A stretch of 64,000 bases of DNA from Negaprion brevirostris. Its lineage: Eukaryota. The notes below the pieces were generated by a model. That model did not search any database, had not been told where the DNA came from, and saw only the letters and a program-made list of their open reading frames with translations. Below are positions 56,370 to 64,000 of the stretch, one piece after another. Location of the stretch: NCBI GenBank assembly GCA_030324005.1, contig JARDVH010000121.1:31112595-31176594 (forward strand), written 5' to 3'. Both the position numbers and the translations under genes were made by a program. Position 1 is the first letter of the stretch; every line of letters starts with the position of its first letter.

Positions 56370-56780
56370 AACATGCCCAGCATCAAGGCATTATAACTCA
56401 AAATCAGTACACTGGCCAGGACATGTCATTCTTATGCCCCACTCAAGACTCCCAAAGCAACAGTTCTACTCAGAACTGTCGCAGCTGGAGGCTTCATGGA
56501 AGACAGTGGAAACATTTTAAGGATATCTTCAAAGCATCACTGAAGATCAAACATCCCTGTTGACTCATGGGAGCCTCTGGTTGACCAAAATGGGAAGTCT
56601 TAATGGGGAAGGCACCAATACAGGAAAGCCTCATTAGGAACAAGATGACTGATATCAGGAGTGCCAAACCTCCAAACTTATCTGCCATCTGCCCAACCCT
56701 TCGAAATTTAGCAGAGTCCACAGAACATGGATTGGATTTATCTGCCATCTCAGAAACACATCAAATCAGATTGATAGCAA
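56370..56780 (+). mobile_element. RTE-clade LINE 3' fragment
   Basis: Translates to WPGHVILMPHSRLPKQQFYSEL..GRQWKHFKDIFKASLK, matching the RTE W.GHV.RM...RLPK..LY.EL motif. Confidence 0.65.
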
Positions 56781-57784
56781 GTCGTCTTCAATTCCTAGAA
56801 ACTGCCCAAGAAGAATTGCACTAACACTAACCAGCACATGGTATACATTTGTTTAAAATGTTTAACTACAGTGAAAAAAAAACCCAGAATGAAACAGCTT
56901 TGCCAATATAAGTAATTATCAAATGATTGAAAATAGATGTCTTTTTTGGCCAAAAAGGAAACATCCATTTTCAATTATGGATTACAATTAATACTGGCTA
57001 GACAATTTAAATGAAGTGCTAATGGTCTTATCCAATGATTTCAGTTTAAACAGCATCCCATAATTGAGGAGATTAACATTCTAGTAACTGAACAGCAGCA
57101 CAAGTGGCAATAATGGCAGAACTAGTTACTGCTATCAGAGAAATCTTGCAAATGTGAATGGTTCAAACTGACTAAAATATAAGTTGCCAGCACAACTGTG
57201 GCAGGTTCAATAATTTGCAAATACAACCCAAAGCTATTACAAAAGTAAACTGAAGTAACATATTAAAAATTCAAGTCATTAAAAGGTGCATTTCACTATA
57301 TTTGCCTGTGTTCAGCTCTTTCGCAATATGAAAGCCAAACTTGGATTCTGTTCCTCTTTCCATTGTTGCAAGAGTAAGCATCTATTTATAACCTTCAATA
57401 ACATAACTGCAACTGAGCTAATTTACTGCAGTTTATAGAGATTGTGTTTTCTTAGATGGTTCCAGTAATTCCAGTCCAACTTCATTACTCTCAAGTCAAT
57501 GCAAAGTGGAAATGGATTTAAGTTATTCTCCCATATCCATGGTTTTTTTCAAAAATATTTAAATAGAAGTCTATTCACACATCCAGGCTCTATTACTTTT
57601 CCACATTATACCCCTAATTTTCAACTTCTTGCTTCACAGGCCTTCACAATGTCTCAGCCCCAACAAGCCATTTATTCATATGTTAGTTCTGTGCCACGGA
57701 AGCTATTTCACTGAAACGGGATTCTATCATTTAAACACCAACTCCACATCAGAACTCCCTTAGACAGATAATGAGAACTTCAGA

Positions 57785-57932
57785 CAATTTTCCCTTCCCT
57801 AGCACAGATTGAGAGAATTGTGTTGCTGATCCCAGCTGTAGCACTGAGCTGGGGGGAGGGAGGGTGCAAATCTGGTACTTTGATTGTATGGTTCAGCTGG
57901 TAGCTCAAACTCACTTAAGCTATCACAGGGGC
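57785..57932 (-). mobile_element. Old tRNA-derived SINE remnant
   Basis: Minus strand cctgtgatagcttaagtgagt..ctgaaccatac..cagctgggatcagcaac..ctagggaaggga. Confidence 0.3.
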
Positions 57933-58934
57933 ATGAAGAAATAAGTTTGTTGAGTGGGCAGTGATTTAATTACCAGAGTTTATAGCATGCATGCTGTCTC
58001 ATTAAATTGGCTCCAAACAGAGTCTCTGATAGCAGGGTTTGCAAACAAATGTTTTGTAAAGGAATAGCATTAAAACCAGAAATAAAAAATCCACTATTAC
58101 ACTACCCAATATCATTGGACACCCTTCTGCTGTTTCCTAATGGAGCTTTTCATTTAATTGCTATAGCTCAGCTTCAGAGACTTACATCCCTGCTGTAACT
58201 GCATTTCCTTCTTGGTTTGGAACTCAAATCAGCTACAACAAATCTTTCTTCATGTGACTTCACAACATCTCAAAAAAAGTGTACTTTTGCTCCAATCTAT
58301 AAACATTGCTGACAAAGATTTAATGCAAACTTAACAGTACTCTCAATTGTGTTCATAGAAGACAAATGTCATTACTCTGTAAAAGTGGGCAGTCCTATTA
58401 CATTTTTAAGCAGGCTGACAGCCAATGCAGTTTGCTTCCCAGGATATGGTTTGTGCATTGTGGCATTCATTAGAGTTCATTCTCTCATCACAAACATAGG
58501 AACTGCAAGAAGAAAACAGCTGGAATGGTGCCCTATGGAAATACTGTATAATGGACTGAAAGTGAATTATTCAACATACACAAAAACACACCTAATTACA
58601 GCATCATCCATTGATAGAACTAACAACAGTTTGGAAAAACATTGAAACATCTTCCTCATGGAAGTTAACACAAGTGTCTATGGCTGCGTTAAACAGAAAA
58701 TTAAGTAGGAAGTGGATTTAAAGGCCTTCAAAAATGGAGGTACCTGCATCCCATGAAGTCAGGCAAGAATGGTTCTTGATAGTACATCATAAACATGTTA
58801 TGTGAATTCAGGTAATGCTGGCCTTTATCAATCCAAGGACCAACATGAGATTGAAACACTACACGGGCTCCTTCAATTCAGTTGGAAAAGCAAGGTTCAT
58901 CCATCAGAACAAATGGAATTTACTGCTTCTATTC

Positions 58935-59213
58935 AACTTGGACAGGTTGCAGAGCTGGGCTGAGAGGTGGCGGATGGAGTTTAATGCGGAGAAGTGTGAG
59001 GTAATTCACTTTNNNNNNNNNNNNNNNNNNNNNNNNNNNNNNNNNNNNNNNNNNNNNNNNNNNNNNNNNNNNNNNNNNNNNNNNNNNNNNNNNNNNNNNN
59101 NNNNNNNNNNNNGGGATTGGTTTAGGTTAGTGGGTCATTGTTTTTTAAACTGGTCGGCGCAACATCGTGGGCCGAAGGGCCTGTTCTGCGCTGTAATGTT
59201 CTATGTTCTATGT
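58935..59213 (+). mobile_element. Young CR1 LINE 3' portion collapsed across a gap
   Basis: LDRLQSWAERWRMEFNAEKCEVIHF, then a gap, then gggccgaagggcctgttctgcgctgtaatg(ttctatg)2. Confidence 0.85.
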
Positions 59214-62200
59214 TATCTGTGGCACTCCCTCAAGTGGCACTACACAAGTATTACAATACAATTCTAAAATATCCCACAAATGTTATTTTCAAACTGCTGA
59301 CATCATACAATGCACAATTACAAATGCATCAGATCTGAATTCTATGCCACCGTGACATTTGTAATGCAGCAATCATTGCCCCATGTCAAGCATACCACAG
59401 AAATCCCTATGGACAATATTAGTAACTATTTTCATGGAACTGCCACAGCAGCGCACAGTTTCCTCCAAAGATTATTCTAAATATTCAAGCTAATGGAGCA
59501 CAAAAGAGGGATTGTTGTGCTGGTGGGTGGAGGGGAAAATAGGGAAAAAAGGGGGAAATAGTCCACTTTACATTCAAATACAACTGACAAGAATACCTCT
59601 TTACTGCAATGAGCATCCTATAGTAATGAGCTCAAGTGTTAACAATGACCTTATTTTTGTAAATTTTAATGAAACATGTGAATGTACAACTTCTGGCACT
59701 TTGATGTTCAATATTGTAGTCTAATGATCCTTAAACTAGATGATTAAGAGATATATACAGGCCATCATGCCCTACCCTTGGACAACTTGAACAAAAGATG
59801 TGATGTTAACAACATCAATCCAGAGTTTCTGACTTGAGTTGACATTCTATTTGCATGTGCATTCATTTCACAAGGGACACCCTACAAACAAACTCAACTG
59901 CATTCAAAAGTTAAAAATCAATTCATTTGACATGCAAAAGAAATTACTGGTCTAATAAGAGAATTTTAGATAGGATCCAGGGAAAAAGTTCATTCTGTAA
60001 TTAAACGCAATTAAATTGTCCAAAAGATGTTCCTGCTTAGAAAACAAAGGAATAAACTTCACTAGACTCCAGTTTAAGCAATCATAGAATGATACCTGTT
60101 TATAGCACAGAAGATGCCAATGTGTTTGCATAGTGTTTTGTTAGAAACAAACATTTATTTCCATTGTCTTGCACAGTCCTATGTTTAGTTTTAAATGGGA
60201 AGGAAAATGTAAGAACTTTCCCTGAAAAGATTCAATGGTCTGAGTTACAAATACTCAATTCATGTCAATATCCAGCCTTTGGCTAGTTCAGTATTTAGTG
60301 AAATGCTAGCACTGTTTGTTCCCAACATTCAGCACTTATGCAAATCAACAATCCAAAAATTGCTGAATCCATAATAACTGCCACTAACAGGGTCCTTTTT
60401 TTTAAAAAATAGAAAGGGCAACAGGCTTTCCTGGCAGCCTTTAAAAACCCAACAAGTTTACACCGAGGTTGCTACCAGATGTGTGACACTCAAATACCAA
60501 AGACTAGTGATATTAACAACCTAAGACAAAACTCACCTTTTCCTATTCACAACCAGCAGCTGCAGTGTAAACAGTCCAAGCTTTGCCAGTAGTTTAAACA
60601 AAACTATTTTATTAAAATGGAAAATGTCCCAGTTTAAAGCTGTACTCTGTCTCACTCAAAACCATCTGACTTGTATTACTTGTGAACATTACCTAATGGA
60701 GAGAAGTTATGAATCTCAGTCCTCGAGTTACAGCTTTTCATCTAAAAAAGGACCAAAATGAAATGTGAACAAAGGGGTGTGGTGAGGTTAGAGGTGGCTA
60801 GAAATGAGAAACTTGTATGTCAATTGTTTGTACTATTAAGAGCTTAAAAGATTCTTATTAATCCATTAAGATGCTAAAATTCAAGATTTTTTGTAAAAAG
60901 TTACATTTTACAAACTTCAATCCAATTGAGAAAGTTACATCATCTCAGCAAATTCTAAAGATTGTTTGACAGAATGACCTGAAAAAAGATTTACTACTAC
61001 CATTGTACAGTAAAAATTCATTTCACAATTTGTCANNNNNNNACTTGAGATTGTTGTGCTGGTGGGTGGGGGTGGGGGGGGGGGTGCAGAAAATAGGGGA
61101 AGAGGGGGAATAGTCCATTTTACATTCAAATACAACCAAGAATGCCTCTTTACTGCAACGAGCATCCTACAATAACAACACGTAGAGATTTTTTAATACT
61201 CAAGATGCTTAACAAATGTCTTTGTTAGACCCGACACATATCCGAGGAGAAAACAGACAAATTAACATTTCCGATGTGGATTCTTCACTAGAACTGAAGG
61301 ATCCACACGAAACATTAGCTGGTCCATTCTTGACACACATTCTACTTCACCCAAGTGTTAACCATTTTCTGATTCTGCAGAAACTATGACTTCTACTTTT
61401 GTTCTCCAGCAGGAAATATTTGCACTTTTTGCATTTGTTTTGTCATAAGGGATTATAATGACCACTACATAGATATTTTACCTGAGCAATTGTTAGATCT
61501 CTCCTAATACTTTGGATAGTTGCATGATGAGCAAATACTTACGTGAATACCAGCCACTGGGTTTTATGTGCTTAACACAATACTGTTATACGGTAGGTAG
61601 AAACAATTGGTAGAAGATTTAGAGCTTTTGAATATCAAGGTATATGAAGAGAGTTGAATATTAGAGGGCTGAACTACACCCAGTTATTCCCATTTATGAA
61701 GTGGTACTAGGAAACTGGCAGCTGAGTGAACGAACAGAAAAAAGGATGTCACATCATTTGATCTTGCTTACAATGGCTACATATTACACTGATGAGTCAT
61801 GAGGCCAGAGTTTTCAGGTGGGGTGCAATGCTATGGGGAAGCTATGCATAGTCTTGGACCAACAAGAGCTTAATTGTTCAAAGGGAGAGCAAGATGGCTC
61901 TGTGCAAAATACAGAATATAGAAGGAATGATGTATGGTAGTGAATAAAGTATAGGGTCAATAAAAGGAAAATACACATGCTGGGTTTATAACTTTGAGGC
62001 ATACAGGATAAAAATGACTGACAGGTACTTTCTTAAATAGACTTCAATTAAAGTGATAATTTTGTAATAAACAAACTGAAATGAAGTTATTTCTAGAACA
62101 GTTGTGAAATCAAAACCCCTTTCATAAATTCAGATGGAACTCAGTGCTTCCCAAACAATGGTAACAAAGGCAGAAGCATCACAAAATGACTCTTGGGGGC

Positions 62201-63621
62201 CAATGATGCATCTGTTTAAATTAGCCTTGCATGTCTGCACACAGCTTTGAAATACTGCCAGAAGTGCAATCCTGGGGGTTTACAGATCACAGCTATAAAA
62301 TCATTTCATTCGAATAAAATCTGGCAAACTGATTTTATATTAGTCCAACATTAATTCAAACTCTGGTAAACTACCATCTATGAACCGTCTCCCAGGTTAC
62401 ACAGCTAAATCCAATCTTTTTTATTCTACTGCCAATCTGAGACCAGTAAAAATAACCTAAGCCTGCAAATGTATCCCGGAATAAAAAAGGCCCAAATCCA
62501 ATAGGATAACCACCAGAGGCATGTTTACTGACACCATCCCCAGGAATCTGAATTAGAACACACAAAAATCAACTTTAAAAAACAAAACACCGCCCTTATT
62601 GAAGGCATAAGCAGTTCAACTTCACAAAAAAATTTGCGTCATGGAATTTTCAATTTCCTAATGGAAATTTCAATTTCCCCACTTGGCAAACCTTTTGCTG
62701 AGTGAAATTTTTACAAACTGACAGCAACAACTATTCAACAAACAGAACACCTTGAAATGATTTAAAAAGAAACATGGCCAAAGCACAATAGTTCTTTCCT
62801 CCCCACCCAAGCAAGATTATCACACACTTATGTATCACAAATGGAATGATTTCCTGGCAGTTGGAAACTGGGGCTGCTTCTGTGGATACATTTTCTAACA
62901 AAAGGTCATAGCACAATGCAGTAACTAGACTAGAGATTAACTATCTTTTTGAAAATTGCAGTTTAAAAAATGGCATAAAAGAATGACTAGAGTAACAATA
63001 TTGAAAAGTCAGTTCACATAAATACTAGCATTAAGAGGAAAAATTCTTCCATTGTACTACAGAACTGTTACTGCGAAATTGCTGCAGTGATGATAATCAT
63101 ATGACCAATTAACTTGGATTGTAAACATGCCAACTAGTTTATTTTTTTTTAAATGCTCATCTAACATTCCAAAGGACTTTGAACATGGGCTGTACAATGA
63201 CTACAAAGACATAACCCACTGCTGCTTATTAATTTATTACAAGAATGAACACAAATAAATTGTAGACAAATTATGACACTGGATCAACAGTAAGACCTTG
63301 CTCAGCTCAAATCCTCTGGCTCACTCACTGAGGTCCATTACACCTGCCTACACAACAAGTCTGAACACCTCTTGCCAAATGAACTCTGGATTGAACAGCA
63401 CACAAACAATGTAGATGAAGGAGTGGCAATCAGTTTTTTTTTAAATGGGTAGCACAAAATGCAACATCAGCCTGCTGCATGTGGTTCTGCATGTTAAAGG
63501 AGCACCATAAAAGATGCTCCTACACATGCAATAATGGTTCACTGGGCAGTTCAAAACCTCAGACAGCACAAAGGTATTTCCATAAAACAAGGAAGGGAAT
63601 AGATAGGAAGAGAGCTCATAT

Positions 63622-63865
63622 ATAGAATCCCTATTGTGCAGGTGGAGACCATTCAGCCCACAACGACAATCCCAATCAAGCCCAATCCTTGCTAATTCCC
63701 GTGATGCAAAGGCCCATTTACCAATCCACTTATCTAGCGCATCCAGAGGCAACACACGCAGTCACGGGGAGAATGGGTCACTGTCTGTTTGGAGTTTGCA
63801 CAAAGCCAGAATGGGACTCAGGTCCTTGGTGCTGTGATGTAGCAGTCCTAACCCCTCTGCTGCCC
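63622..63865 (-). mobile_element. HE1-like SINE, rearranged
   Basis: atagaatccctattgtgcaggtggagaccattcagccc..gtcacggggagaatg..ggtgctgtgatgtagcagtcctaacc, with an internal inverted piece gggtcactgtctgtttggagtttgcaca. Confidence 0.65.
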
Positions 63866-64000
63866 TTAATTTTAAGGGACTGCAATGGCTGGGAATCCAG
63901 CCCGGGTCAACTGTTTGGGAGGCACCTATGCTCACCATTATAGCATCATCACTTACATAGTTCAGTTGCTTTAAACTGAAATCCTCAAAATAAACAATTC

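Noticed and set aside
48300-64000. ZNF217 promoter or first exon
   Set aside because: No CpG island or convincing exon is visible, so it probably lies beyond the window.

Overview
Vertebrate genomic DNA, very probably from a shark, inferred from V-SINE/HE1-like, Deu-domain SINE, CR1, L2, Rex1/Babar, RTE and Penelope-like repeats. It is a draft assembly with 13 N-gaps, mostly 10- or 100-N placeholders. The only supported protein-coding gene is a ZNF217 orthologue on the minus strand. Its four coding exons (48195-46418, 38770-38645, 34765-32933, 26520-26414) are all joined by GT-AG phase-1 introns and encode about 1,240-1,280 aa, with the total uncertain because of two gaps. A probable intron follows the stop codon, then a long repeat-poor 3' UTR exon. 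No promoter or CpG island is visible, so the first exon probably lies beyond 64000. The rest is degraded retroelements and candidate conserved non-coding elements. Main observations: (1) three fold-back Penelope-derived elements (1.5 kb, 0.58 kb, 0.23 kb) carry a minimal hammerhead-ribozyme motif on each arm, and a second hammerhead-like family is present; (2) ZNF217 keeps an extra N-terminal ZNF516/ZNF536-type finger pair whose second finger is degenerate; (3) a 27-nt in-frame duplication differs only at synonymous sites; (4) a start-stop uORF overlaps the start codon. Repeat family calls and homologies come from recalled motifs, not database searches, and repeat boundaries are approximate.
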